Shown here: positions 46,600 to 56,450 of the stretch, in pieces
Layout of the letters: every line of letters starts with the position of its first letter
Numbering within the stretch: position 1 is the first letter of the stretch
Source of the DNA: a virus
Direction: 5' to 3' (one strand)
Virus record (IMG/VR): IMGVR_UViG_3300040856_003054
Coordinates: 32,001-96,000 of that record
DNA: 64,000 bases
Notes under the pieces: model-generated
Told to the model about the DNA's origin: nothing
Database searches by the model: none
The model's input: the letters and a program-made list of their open reading frames with translations, nothing else
Made by a program: the position numbers and the translations under genes

Positions 46600-48309
46600 A
46601 TGGTAAAGGGAAACGTTGGCAATACTAAAGAATATGTCCAATGTTTAGCATTTGCTTACTTTGCAAATCACAAATATCCAAACAAAAAAGAAGATCAAGA
46701 AGAACATAAATTATCTTTTTACAATCTTTTTGTCACCTCTTCAGATAGAAAGGAATTTAATATCGAAAAATTAAATCTCCGAGAATATAAAAGTCATTTG
46801 GGTAATAGATTTCCTTATATAAGAACTACAAGAGATTTTAAAACAAAAGTTAATCAAAAAGGAAAGATTACTGCAGATACTACAGTACAAAAAGTATATG
46901 ATGTTGCACTGGAACTTTATAAATCTAAAGTTATTGGTCAAAATTGGGAAAATTATGAATTTTTAGATCAAACTGATATTTTTACACAAACTGTAAAAGA
47001 TGCTGCATTGAATAAAATTAAGGAGGTTTTGGGAATAACCTTTAAACTTGATATGCTTGCAAGTTTTGATATGTTTGTTGTTCATAAGAAAAAAAAGCAA
47101 ACTATATTAAATGAAATAAACACTTATATATTAAATGCAAGTGATTCGACAATATTAAAAAATTATAGTTTAAATCAGCATACTTATAGAACCATATTAA
47201 ATCGTCATTTCAAATCAACGACAAATACAAGGTCTTTAGTGGCAATTTCTCTTAAATTGCCAGGAACTGTTGAACAAAAAAAATATATAAACATAATTGG
47301 AACTGAAAATGTAAAAAAAGAATTATCTGACTACATTGATCCGTATACGAAGTTTTTAACTTTAGCAATATCTTCTAAACCAAATGAATTAAAATCCTTA
47401 ATTGAAAATTTGATAAAAATAGAATATGGTCAATTTAGAACTGGATCAAATGTGTTGACTTGGGAATTGCCAGTAACTTTTAGGTATAAAGTAGCCGCAC
47501 AAAAAGTATTTGGTAGGGATATAGAACCTTTGAGTGACATGGACTATAAGATAGTGTTTCTTGCCCAAGGATATGGTGCTGGATGGAATGGATTTGTTAA
47601 AGTTGGAAAGCAGGGACCACCTTGGACAGGTGGTGGGGCAGCATCAACATTCGAATTTTTTTATGAACAATATCCAGAATACTCTCTTGTTATTCAAAAG
47701 TTGGTGCAGTTAAGAGCAAAAGCTTTCAATTATGTTTTAACTGGTAAAGAAAATGGAAGAATAGATGATTCTACGTTTTCAACTAAATTAAAAACATCTT
47801 ATCGAGCAGCACTAAGAGAAATAACAACTAGAAAAATATTAGTTAATAGTCGTACTGCCAAATATGACAAAATTGAAGAATTTTTTAATCTTTATGATAA
47901 AGAAACTGGTAATAAAGATAGTATAACAATGTACTATGTTGCTGTTATTAATTTGGTTAGAGGAAAAGTTAAATCTTCAATTAAAATAACAGATAATTAT
48001 GCAAGTTTTAGTATGTTCGTTGGACAAAAAAAAGAAAGAAAAGCAACAACGTCTGAAACTCAGGAAAGAATAAAAGCACATTATGCACATGCGCAACTTG
48101 CATGGTTTACTTTCATTGGAGGGAAAAGCTATCAAGCATATCTTAAACAAAGAATGTTTTTGACAATATATGGAGTCATTAGTAAAAAGGGATATAAAAT
48201 TTTCGATTACAACAAAAATATCAGTACTGTTAAAAGTGCAATTACTGCATCAATTAAAAAAATGCCCAAAGCAGCATTTGATTCTGCTCCCCACTTGTTA
48301 CTGTCGTAA
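46600..48309 (+). CDS. Large late-expressed basic protein, possible PD-(D/E)xK nuclease
   Basis: TAAATA upstream; E..QC, SFDMFVV and LVAISLK motifs; AT-rich and Lys-rich. Confidence 0.5.
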   Translation: MVKGNVGNTKEYVQCLAFAYFANHKYPNKKEDQEEHKLSFYNLFVTSSDRKEFNIEKLNLREYKSHLGNRFPYIRTTRDFKTKVNQKGKITADTTVQKVYDVALELYKSKVIGQNWENYEFLDQTDIFTQTVKDAALNKIKEVLGITFKLDMLASFDMFVVHKKKKQTILNEINTYILNASDSTILKNYSLNQHTYRTILNRHFKSTTNTRSLVAISLKLPGTVEQKKYINIIGTENVKKELSDYIDPYTKFLTLAISSKPNELKSLIENLIKIEYGQFRTGSNVLTWELPVTFRYKVAAQKVFGRDIEPLSDMDYKIVFLAQGYGAGWNGFVKVGKQGPPWTGGGAASTFEFFYEQYPEYSLVIQKLVQLRAKAFNYVLTGKENGRIDDSTFSTKLKTSYRAALREITTRKILVNSRTAKYDKIEEFFNLYDKETGNKDSITMYYVAVINLVRGKVKSSIKITDNYASFSMFVGQKKERKATTSETQERIKAHYAHAQLAWFTFIGGKSYQAYLKQRMFLTIYGVISKKGYKIFDYNKNISTVKSAITASIKKMPKAAFDSAPHLLLS

Positions 48310-48374
48310 AACTGGCACACCGACGACCCTGTTGGGATTTGGTGTGCTATACTAAGAATGTTCTGAGAATTCCA

Positions 48375-48548
48375 ATGAAATTCCATTTTACCAACAGGGA
48401 AGAAGCAGTTTCGTCGGTGTATGATTCTGTTAGTTTGATTGTTGACTGTTATTCTAAGGATTCTATGTTGGATAATTACCTCGACCAAGAAACGATTGAC
48501 AAATTGAGGTTTATTCTCAACGATATTGGTGAAGGTATCATCAAATAA
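48375..48548 (+). CDS. Hypothetical protein
   Basis: Follows the half-palindrome promoter at 48310-48353. Confidence 0.55.
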   Translation: MKFHFTNREEAVSSVYDSVSLIVDCYSKDSMLDNYLDQETIDKLRFILNDIGEGIIK

Positions 48549-48549
48549 T

Positions 48550-48605
48550 GTTCACTTAAACAACTGGCACACACTCTTGCCACAGCACCTGATTTCTGAT
48601 ATTAT
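48550..48605 (+). promoter_or_regulatory. Palindrome-type early promoter
   Basis: GTTCACTT-AAAC-AACTGGCAC, TATTAT at about 48600. Confidence 0.6.
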
Positions 48606-48626
48606 TACTTTATTGATTCTTAATTC

Positions 48627-49853
48627 ATGCTTTCTCTTCGACCTCAACAGCAAGAGTTTATGTTTCTCTCTGGTCAGCACGATAAGATGCTGACCGTTGC
48701 TCCTACCAGTGCTGGTAAGAGTATTATGATGATTGCTGATGCTCAACGTCAACTGCAAAGCAATCCTGATTCTACAATTCTGATCGTTGCACCAAAACTA
48801 CTTTTGTGCAATCAACTCTCTGATGAGTTTGAGAAGTTTATTCCTAACACTCACATTATTCATATGCACAGTGGAGACACTGAGCACACTCGCATCACTA
48901 ACTTCCTAGAACTTGCTTATCATTGGGAAACAACTCCAGGTTCTAAGACAATCTTTACAACTTATCATTCTCTGCATAAAATTGCACAAGCAGAGATTGA
49001 TATTGATGTGACTTATCTTGATGAAGCACACAATGCAACCAATCGTCGTTTCTTTGATTCTGTCAAAAGTATCAGCAAGAGTTCCAAACGATTCTATTCT
49101 CTGACTGCGACTCCTAAGTTCAGTCAGTCAAGTCGTCCTGGCAATAATGATGCTGAGGTTTTTGGTAGCAAGATCTTCAGTGTCAAAGCACCAGATCTGA
49201 TTGAGAATGGTAGCATCCTTGCACCTAAGGTTTCTGTTGTGCAAGTATCTGCTGCACGGGAAAAGGATAGTGCAGCAGAACGAGACTTCTATACTCTCTG
49301 TGATACTATTCTCAATGAGGATGACATGGATAAAGTTCTGGTTGTTGCACCAAATACTAAGGTTTTGAATCAGATGCTATCAACCACTGCTCTCATTCCT
49401 GAGATGCGGAACAATGGTTATGATGTGCTTTGGATTACTTCAAAGCACGGTGCCTTTGTGAATGGTAAGAAAGTTGCGAGGTCTGAGTTTCTTCATACTC
49501 TTTCCGAATATGGTGCAGATCCTTCTCGCAAATTTGTTGTCTTCCACATTGGTATTCTGACTGAAGGTATTAGTGTGCCTGGTATTCAATCCTGCATCTT
49601 TATGCGAAATCAGAACTTTGTGTCTACTGTGCAGAGTATTGGTCGTTGCATCCGTGTACATCAAAAAGACACTGAACGTATGAAGAATGGGAACTTGATT
49701 CCTGGTGATTTTGATAACTATGTCAAACCTTTTGGTAAAGTTGTGATTCCAGTGTATAATAATCGTGTTGGTATTGCTACTGCACGTCGAGTTGAGAGTG
49801 TTGTGCAGGAAGTATTTGTCAACGGTAATTTTGTTGCTGATTATGTAAAATGA
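48627..49853 (+). CDS. Superfamily II (DEAH) helicase
   Basis: PTSAGKS, LDEAH, TAT, LTEGISVP and QSIGRCIR motifs. Confidence 0.9.
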   Translation: MLSLRPQQQEFMFLSGQHDKMLTVAPTSAGKSIMMIADAQRQLQSNPDSTILIVAPKLLLCNQLSDEFEKFIPNTHIIHMHSGDTEHTRITNFLELAYHWETTPGSKTIFTTYHSLHKIAQAEIDIDVTYLDEAHNATNRRFFDSVKSISKSSKRFYSLTATPKFSQSSRPGNNDAEVFGSKIFSVKAPDLIENGSILAPKVSVVQVSAAREKDSAAERDFYTLCDTILNEDDMDKVLVVAPNTKVLNQMLSTTALIPEMRNNGYDVLWITSKHGAFVNGKKVARSEFLHTLSEYGADPSRKFVVFHIGILTEGISVPGIQSCIFMRNQNFVSTVQSIGRCIRVHQKDTERMKNGNLIPGDFDNYVKPFGKVVIPVYNNRVGIATARRVESVVQEVFVNGNFVADYVK

Positions 49854-50026
49854 GTTCTAAATCTGGATTTATAACATCTGATAACTATGCTGCAGTACCT
49901 TGGGGAAAGAGGTATGTTATCCTTTACAATGGACAGCAGTTGACTGATGTAAAAACTGTCCTTCAAGCACAAAAGTTTATCAAGCAGCACCGTACCACTC
50001 CTCAAAGTGGCACAGTGTTTGTTTGA
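49850..50026 (+). CDS. Small conserved protein (58 aa, not in the ORF track)
   Basis: GFIT.D.YAAVPWG...I.YNGQQL; ATGA overlap. Confidence 0.6.
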   Translation: MSSKSGFITSDNYAAVPWGKRYVILYNGQQLTDVKTVLQAQKFIKQHRTTPQSGTVFV

Positions 50027-50049
50027 TATCCCTTCTTTTACTCTATAAT
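49993..50049 (+). promoter_or_regulatory. Palindrome-type early promoter
   Basis: TACCACTC-CTCA-AAGTGGCAC, TATAAT at 50044. Confidence 0.6.
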
Positions 50050-50072
50050 TACTTTGTCCTCCACCAAAAACA

Positions 50073-52358
50073 ATGCAAAGAAAAAATCTTTGGGACCAAA
50101 TCATTTCCCAAGCAATTCCTTCAGATAAAAACGGTGTTCTTTTTCTAAATCAAGAAATCAAAGATCTTGCAGACAAATATCCTTGCGGATTTTATGGTTT
50201 TACTAAACTCAGTGCATTTCTCAACAATGAATATAAGTGTGGTCAAACTGAAAAGTTTGCTGCTGAGAGGGTTCATGATCAACGTACAGCATCTGAACGC
50301 GAAGAGTATGTAATTGTTAGTTGGATTCCATCTCCTCTTGCAAAGATTAGTTCTCAGGATCAGCGTATTCTTCTTGAACTGCACAATCTCAAGCGTTGTA
50401 CCTTGAGTAATGTTCTGGACTCTAATCGAACTTCAAAAGAGTGGGCAGTATTTCCTGATGATAATCCAGAGGAGATCTGGAGGAAGTATCTTGGTAGTAA
50501 TGCAACCAAATTTGATCTTGGACTGACCATTTGGCAACTTGAAGCGATGGATCAGATCTTTACCTTTCTTGGTGAAGGTAAGAAAAAGATCATGGCAGAA
50601 CTTGCTGCGCGATTTGGTAAGACTCTGGAATATCTTTCCTTGTTTGTTGCCAGCAAGTACAAAGTTATGGTTGTCGGAACCTATTACTTGACTGCACTCT
50701 CTTCCTTTGAGAAAGAGGTTTGTCGATATAAAGAGTTTTCTGATTTTGTTGTCCTTGAATTAGGATCGGAAACTTTTGAAGAAGATTTTGAGTATAATCT
50801 CAATCAGAATAAAAAGATTGTTGTTCTTGTCTCTCTTTGTGGTGATAAAGAAGTTGACCATAGTGTGCGCAACCAAAACGCATATATCATTGAACAATTC
50901 TCCAACAAAATCACCATCATTGATGAAGCAGACTATGGAGCACATACCGAGAGTTGTGTTCCCTTTGTAAATCGCATTGGTCACGGCGCACCTGTAATTC
51001 TCACTACAGGAACCAATAGCGAACGTGCAAGGGGTTTCCATACTGATGTTGATGCTTTCTTCAGGGTTACTTACCTTGATATGCTCATGAAAGCAGGTAC
51101 AAAACTGAGGATTAAAAATGCGATTGTCAATCAATTTAAGCGAGCAGATAAATTTGAAAGGAATCTTGCAAAGGTTCAATTCTATCGTTATGATTGGAGT
51201 CGCTTTTTGTCTTATATTGATGGTCATGAAGTAGAACTCAATCCTTCATTTGCAAAGTGTTCCACAGATGTTTGTAAAAATTCTGGATTCTGGATTGGTC
51301 TATATCAATCCTTCATGGGCGTAAGTCCAATTATGGATGTAAATGATTATAGTCTCTTTAATTGTCTTGAGAACGACACTGCAAAATCAGTTATCCAATT
51401 TACAAGTATGGATAATAAACAGTTGGATGCTCTTGAATCTATTGCAAAACCAATTCTAGATTCTCGCTATGATGTTTATGCTATTCATGGGGAAAAAATC
51501 AAAGGGAAAGACGCAGAACAATTTGTGAAGGATAAGATTCGAATTGCAGAATCTAAGGGCAAACATGTTTGGATTATTGCATGTAATATGTGCCAACGTT
51601 CCTTTAGTATTCCTGAGATCAATGTTGTCATTCTAACCTATGATAATGGTGACACTGGCGCCACTGTGCAAAAAATGAGTCGTGCTTTGACTGCTGGTGA
51701 CAGTAGAAAAATTGGTCACATTGTCTCTATTTCGATTGATGGAAGTAGAGATGATAAAGTTACCACAATGATTATTGATACGGCAAAAGAAGTTGCTGAT
51801 CATGAGGGAATTGATGTTGTTACTGCACTTCGTAAAGTCATGAAGTCTCTTCCAATTTTCCAAATGGGAGAGGATGGTTATAATATTCGACTTGAACCTG
51901 ATGAGTATTCTAAGGAAATTTTCTCATCCTCTAATTCTCATCAACTTATTACCAATAATGCAAATTTTTTCCTGGATGATAATGGATATGAAGTTCTGTT
52001 AAAGTGTTCCAATGTCATCAAAAAACTTGATAAAAACAAAGTAGATGCTGCATTTGAACCTGGGAAAACTTATTTAACAAAAAGGGAGAATAGTCCTTCC
52101 CAAAGGACTAAAGATGAGATTGCAGAACTTCGTAAAACTCTCAGGAACATTGTAGATCGCATTGATTATTGTGTTCGACAGATTTCTAAAGTTGAACGTA
52201 AGATTGATTATGCAAAGTTTGTTTCTATTCTAGAGCAGAAGAAGTATGTGAGTGAAATCATTGGCATTGATTCTTCTGAACTACAAATTCTTGTGAATGA
52301 CAATTACATTTGTAAAGATCTCTTTTCAATCTATCTTGAATGTGTGGTGAGCAAATGA
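50073..52358 (+). CDS. Restriction-enzyme Res-like SF2 helicase with N-terminal T5orf172/GIY-YIG-like domain
   Basis: N-terminal YKCGQT....ERV.DQ...D..I...L...EW; helicase motifs ARFGKT, IDEAD, TTGT, FSIPEI and QKMSR. Confidence 0.75.
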   Translation: MQRKNLWDQIISQAIPSDKNGVLFLNQEIKDLADKYPCGFYGFTKLSAFLNNEYKCGQTEKFAAERVHDQRTASEREEYVIVSWIPSPLAKISSQDQRILLELHNLKRCTLSNVLDSNRTSKEWAVFPDDNPEEIWRKYLGSNATKFDLGLTIWQLEAMDQIFTFLGEGKKKIMAELAARFGKTLEYLSLFVASKYKVMVVGTYYLTALSSFEKEVCRYKEFSDFVVLELGSETFEEDFEYNLNQNKKIVVLVSLCGDKEVDHSVRNQNAYIIEQFSNKITIIDEADYGAHTESCVPFVNRIGHGAPVILTTGTNSERARGFHTDVDAFFRVTYLDMLMKAGTKLRIKNAIVNQFKRADKFERNLAKVQFYRYDWSRFLSYIDGHEVELNPSFAKCSTDVCKNSGFWIGLYQSFMGVSPIMDVNDYSLFNCLENDTAKSVIQFTSMDNKQLDALESIAKPILDSRYDVYAIHGEKIKGKDAEQFVKDKIRIAESKGKHVWIIACNMCQRSFSIPEINVVILTYDNGDTGATVQKMSRALTAGDSRKIGHIVSISIDGSRDDKVTTMIIDTAKEVADHEGIDVVTALRKVMKSLPIFQMGEDGYNIRLEPDEYSKEIFSSSNSHQLITNNANFFLDDNGYEVLLKCSNVIKKLDKNKVDAAFEPGKTYLTKRENSPSQRTKDEIAELRKTLRNIVDRIDYCVRQISKVERKIDYAKFVSILEQKKYVSEIIGIDSSELQILVNDNYICKDLFSIYLECVVSK

Positions 52359-53200
52359 CTTTTCTTACTATTGAACAATACCAAAAGTATTTCTCCTGTG
52401 ATGAGAATACTTTGATTCTTGGTTCTCCTCAAATTGCACTAATTGCCGATCTTCTTGGTGAAAAGTTTGTCTATGCTTCTACCATTGATGATGTGAATAA
52501 GAAGTATGATCGGGTTTTGATTGATGTTGAGGAGGGGAAACAATATCGTAACATCAAACAAAAAACTGAGAAAACATGGTACAATGATGCTGTAAAGTGT
52601 CTGAGTAAGACTGGTGTATTGATTGGAGCATTTCCAAGGAAAGTTTGCTCTTCATTTTCCTCTTCCACTCAAGCACATCGAAGAGGTGTTATCAAACAAT
52701 CTGGTTATGATATTACCATGATTGAAAACGATAGAATGATTGTGAAAAATAATTCACAGTCTCTCTCTACCATTCAATATGGGAACAAGACAATTACTTT
52801 GGACACTAAAAAAGTACCAATCCTTCACACATACAACGAAAAGCATTATAATTACTTAATGCAAACTGATCTCTCAAAATCTATTGAGAAATACTCTCTT
52901 CCAGGTAAAAAAATTCGCAACATTGAAGGAGACAAAAAGGAAATAAATGAGATGGGTAAAGAAGGTCTATTGATCTTCACAAATTGTCGCTCTCTTAAAG
53001 TTATTAAACTTGAAGATGTTGATAAATTGAGTTCCGCTGCAGATTGTCATTTGTTCCCATCTGTAAAGGAAAGAGATCTCTACTATAATGCTCTTTTGTC
53101 TCTAAAGGTTCAAGAATTTGCAATGAATCTTTCTCATTATCAACCAATCAATGTTAAAATGAGATCATACCTGTTCAATCCAAATATTTTTTCGCTGTAG
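52355..53200 (+). CDS. Degenerate N6-adenine methyltransferase-like protein
   Basis: KYDRVLIDVEE in place of FD...NPPY, then AVKCLSKTGVLIGAFP; ATGA-coupled to the helicase. Confidence 0.4.
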   Translation: MTFLTIEQYQKYFSCDENTLILGSPQIALIADLLGEKFVYASTIDDVNKKYDRVLIDVEEGKQYRNIKQKTEKTWYNDAVKCLSKTGVLIGAFPRKVCSSFSSSTQAHRRGVIKQSGYDITMIENDRMIVKNNSQSLSTIQYGNKTITLDTKKVPILHTYNEKHYNYLMQTDLSKSIEKYSLPGKKIRNIEGDKKEINEMGKEGLLIFTNCRSLKVIKLEDVDKLSSAADCHLFPSVKERDLYYNALLSLKVQEFAMNLSHYQPINVKMRSYLFNPNIFSL

Positions 53201-53204
53201 TTTT

Positions 53205-54041
53205 ATGAAATATACATCCACAAGTTTATATCGCTATGCTGGTGGTAAAAACAAAATGAAAGATGAGATCATTAAGATCATTGATGAGGTTCATCCAAAT
53301 CTAGAAAGAATGATGTCACCTTTCATGGGTGGTGGATGTATCGAACTCTCACTTGCAGCAAGAGGTGTAAAGGTTCAAGCATATGACTTGTTCCGACCTC
53401 TTGCTGATTTTTGGGAGATTCTTACAACTGAAGGTGGAAAAAGAATTGCAGAAGAAGCAGCAAAGCACTATCCAGTGAGAGATAGAGAACACTACAAATC
53501 ATTTCTACCACTGCTTGAGAGTGACGATAAGTTCACTCGGGCGTGGTCTTTTTATATTTCTATCAAATGTGCATTTAGCGGAGATCTTGGTCACACATCA
53601 GAATCATCAAGAAAGAATCTCTGTGCTGCGAGTTTGATTAAACTTGCAGGATTCCATAATCCAAACTTCTCATTCTCTTTTGGAGATTGCTTTGAGACAA
53701 TACCAAAGCATCAGAATGACTTTTTATACTTGGATCCACCATACTATAAGACAACTTCATACTATTATGGTATTGATGGAAGCACACATGAAGGATTCAA
53801 TCACGATAAACTTGCAGAGATCTTGAAAGAACATGAAGGTGGATTTGTGATGTCTTATGACAACACAGATTATCTCAAAGAACTCTACAAGGATTGGACA
53901 GAGTTTCGCTATCTTGAATTTGATTATCAGATGGCGGGTGATGTAAGTCGTAGGGGTAAAAAGACCGAACTTATTCTCATTAAAGAACCCAAAATCAAAC
54001 CAGAATCTAATGTAAATGTCTTGGAGAGTTTATTGTATTGA
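53205..54041 (+). CDS. dam: DNA adenine methyltransferase (D12/Dam class)
   Basis: RYAGGK, SPFMGGG, YLDPPY, F.HDKL, SYDN and TELILI motifs. Confidence 0.9.
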   Translation: MKYTSTSLYRYAGGKNKMKDEIIKIIDEVHPNLERMMSPFMGGGCIELSLAARGVKVQAYDLFRPLADFWEILTTEGGKRIAEEAAKHYPVRDREHYKSFLPLLESDDKFTRAWSFYISIKCAFSGDLGHTSESSRKNLCAASLIKLAGFHNPNFSFSFGDCFETIPKHQNDFLYLDPPYYKTTSYYYGIDGSTHEGFNHDKLAEILKEHEGGFVMSYDNTDYLKELYKDWTEFRYLEFDYQMAGDVSRRGKKTELILIKEPKIKPESNVNVLESLLY

Positions 54042-54098
54042 GGACACTTGGAGAAGTGTCCTACAGGTGCTTGAGGGGGTCGCAGGAGACCCTATAAT
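54041..54098 (+). promoter_or_regulatory. Palindrome-type early promoter (perfect 9-4-9 copy)
   Basis: AGGACACTT-GGAG-AAGTGTCCT, TATAAT at 54093. Confidence 0.8.
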
Positions 54099-54124
54099 AC
54101 AAAGGTAATCGACAGGACACTTCA

Positions 54125-54538
54125 ATGGCGACCAGAGGAAGAATCGGCATCGAACTCAAAAATGGTTCGGTGCTTTCTGTTTATCACCATTGGGACTCAT
54201 ATGAATCTTGGTTGGGTCGTATTCTGAACACTCACTACAACACCCGTCAGAAAGTTGCTGAACTAATTGATGGGGGTGATATGAGTTCCTGCTGGTCTGA
54301 TGATCGTTGGGATGATAGTGCTGATGGTTCTTATGGTCCTCAATACTACTCCCAAAGGGGCGAAGATCGCCCACCACGACTTGATGCTAACCTTGCAGAG
54401 TATTTGCTCCCTGATGGTGCAGAAGAGTTCCACTACATTTTTCGTAACGGTGAATGGGTGTGCTATAATATGAATCAGTTTGATGATTCCAAACTACCTG
54501 AAATCGTCGAAATTCCTTCTGCTGCTCTTTACGTTTGA
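54125..54538 (+). CDS. Conserved phage protein (TR.RIG...SVYHHWD.Y family)
   Basis: Motif match; YYSQRGE, EEFHYIF. Confidence 0.8.
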   Translation: MATRGRIGIELKNGSVLSVYHHWDSYESWLGRILNTHYNTRQKVAELIDGGDMSSCWSDDRWDDSADGSYGPQYYSQRGEDRPPRLDANLAEYLLPDGAEEFHYIFRNGEWVCYNMNQFDDSKLPEIVEIPSAALYV

Positions 54539-54546
54539 ACATTATC

Positions 54547-54789
54547 ATGGAAACTATGGAATTGAACGAAACCAACTATTGCGATCAGCAACCTGTCACA
54601 GTGGAGTTTACTTTTGAAGAACATGATCTTCTCAATGACATTCTGTGTCATGCTTCTGATGGAATGTATGTAGCATGTCCAAATTATCATGAACTTCCAG
54701 AAGATTCTGAATTTGTGCAACGATTCAAGATGCTTGAACAACTCAGGCATAAATCTAATCAACTTTGGGCACAACGATTTGGTAACTGA
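54547..54789 (+). CDS. Hypothetical protein
   Basis: ORF in the operon. Confidence 0.6.
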   Translation: METMELNETNYCDQQPVTVEFTFEEHDLLNDILCHASDGMYVACPNYHELPEDSEFVQRFKMLEQLRHKSNQLWAQRFGN

Positions 54790-54792
54790 TTC

Positions 54793-54984
54793 ATGAAAAC
54801 TTCTACTGCTCTTGGTGTTGCTTTTGGTGTACTTGTTCTTGCTGTTGCAGGACTATTTTTCCAAGCATGGATACTTGGAATTATTCTTTCTTGGTTTAGT
54901 GTCTCGTTGACATTCTGGCAAAACTTTCTTATTATTCTTCTTGCCAATATGATTACTTACAACTCTGGAGGTTCTTCTAAGTGA
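54793..54984 (+). CDS. Small membrane protein
   Basis: Hydrophobic; LTFWQ motif. Confidence 0.65.
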   Translation: MKTSTALGVAFGVLVLAVAGLFFQAWILGIILSWFSVSLTFWQNFLIILLANMITYNSGGSSK

Positions 54985-55223
54985 ATCGTAAATATGTCGC
55001 ATCATTTGTATTAGGTTTTCTTGCTATTATTGGATGGAATGTGTTTCTAATCCAACGCGATGAGCGACTTTATGATTCATACTATCGCGCAAAAGCGATA
55101 GAGAATCTTCAGAAACCTCCATCTGCAGAGATTCGGTGATTTACTTTCTTCTCATCTCTGCAGCATTTGGATGGTGCTTTACTGTCCTATTCTCAAAACA
55201 CTTCAACTATCTGGACGAGAACA

Positions 55224-55361
55224 ATGATTCCCAAAAGCATCCGTGACCTTATCAAAAAAGCAGAAATGGACAAAGTAGCAGAAGAGTTTTGGAAAGAGAT
55301 TGAGGCAGAAGCAGCGGCAAGAGAAGTAACCGTAGAATACTATTTGGCCGAGTTCTATTAA
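55224..55361 (+). CDS. Small conserved protein
   Basis: E.EAA..EVTVEYYLAEF. Confidence 0.6.
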   Translation: MIPKSIRDLIKKAEMDKVAEEFWKEIEAEAAAREVTVEYYLAEFY

Positions 55362-55362
55362 C

Positions 55363-55391
55363 TTGACAAGCAACACTTTTAATTCTAAACT
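55363..55391 (+). promoter_or_regulatory. sigma70-type promoter TTGACA-N17-TAAACT
   Basis: Near-consensus boxes with a 17-nt spacer. Confidence 0.6.
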
Positions 55392-55414
55392 TGAGAGGTA
55401 ATTTACACAAACAA

Positions 55415-55654
55415 ATGGCACAAAAGTTCTTGTATATCGTCGATCACTTTTGCAACTTTCCCCGTTCAGAATATGGTGGAATTTGGAATGTTATTGCAGA
55501 AGATGACGATGAATGTTTCGATTTGATTAAAGATTATGATGATGGTTTCAACGAAGAATATTATGTAAATCTTCGTGAAAAAGTAGTCAATGCAAGAACT
55601 TATGCTCTTGCTGAAGATGTAGAATCCACTATTGTTGAAAGTTTCACCACCTGA
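55415..55654 (+). CDS. Conserved cyanophage hypothetical protein
   Basis: LYIVD....FP.SEYGG....IA..D.EC; GAGG RBS. Confidence 0.7.
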   Translation: MAQKFLYIVDHFCNFPRSEYGGIWNVIAEDDDECFDLIKDYDDGFNEEYYVNLREKVVNARTYALAEDVESTIVESFTT

Positions 55655-55813
55655 TTATGACACAAAATGTTGCCCACTCGAACAAAATGTTGGTTGATTT
55701 GAAAGAACAATACCAAGCACAAATCAGTCGCCTTCAGAATAAAATCAGTGAGCAAGAGCAGGAAATCTTGAAACTTAAAACACTGATTTCTCTTCTATCT
55801 GTTGAAAGAGAAT

Positions 55814-56104
55814 ATGACGTGTGAAGTTCCTCCTCTACCCTATTCCCCCCCAGAGGGGTATTTTTATGAAGCAGAAGAGTTCAAGAGGAATGTTGTTAGT
55901 ATCTGGTTATGTAATACTCACAAGTTTGTCTATAATGGTGGTGTTCAAACCAGAACTATTCACTCTTTTTACAACACCAAAACCAGAGAATACTTTGCCC
56001 CAATCAATAGTAAGACCATTGGTGCTTGTGTAAATATCAAGGAAACGCGGAATTACTCTGCGATGCCGATTAAATATATCGGATTGGAGCAGTTCTTTGT
56101 ATGA
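55814..56104 (+). CDS. Conserved cyanophage hypothetical protein
   Basis: PPEGY.Y....FKRNV.SIW...APINS...YSAM. Confidence 0.7.
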   Translation: MTCEVPPLPYSPPEGYFYEAEEFKRNVVSIWLCNTHKFVYNGGVQTRTIHSFYNTKTREYFAPINSKTIGACVNIKETRNYSAMPIKYIGLEQFFV

Positions 56105-56367
56105 CAGAATACATTCCAAAAATCAATGATTATGTTGTATGGACAAAAGGTGTTGAAGGTTGGATTTATTTTGTGGATGAAGAATACATCACCATTGAGT
56201 ATATTGTTCGCCCAAAAAATAAAGTAAACTATCGCGCTTGTCCTATTCATGCAAATGAAAGATTGCTTGTGGTTTGTTATAAGGAACAATGGAACGAATT
56301 AGAATACATCAAGTCCCGTCAATCAATCTATGAAGAAGAGGAAAACTGCTTGGCGATTGTAAGTTAG
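56101..56367 (+). CDS. Conserved cyanophage hypothetical protein
   Basis: Y.P...DYV.W....EGW.YF...YITIE. Confidence 0.7.
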   Translation: MTEYIPKINDYVVWTKGVEGWIYFVDEEYITIEYIVRPKNKVNYRACPIHANERLLVVCYKEQWNELEYIKSRQSIYEEEENCLAIVS

Positions 56368-56371
56368 TATT

Positions 56372-56419
56372 GTGGGCAGCAACATTGCGGGGGCGTAAGG
56401 TTGTGTAAGTCCCACTTTT
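56372..56419 (+). ncRNA. Variant antisense stem-loop upstream of the HNH endonuclease (copy 7)
   Basis: Outer stem GTGGG/CCCAC plus TTTT, inner stem CAAC/GTTG, loop TTGCGGGGG complementary to leader CCCCCGCAA after TATAAATA at 56424. No upstream TAAATA seen. Confidence 0.45.
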
Positions 56420-56450
56420 ATGGTATAAATAATAATACCCCCGCAAAAGA

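Noticed and set aside
48627-49853. Calling this helicase uvsW
   Set aside because: It has generic SF2 motifs only, lacks an evident UvsW N-terminal region and is not in the core-gene context; no symbol assigned.
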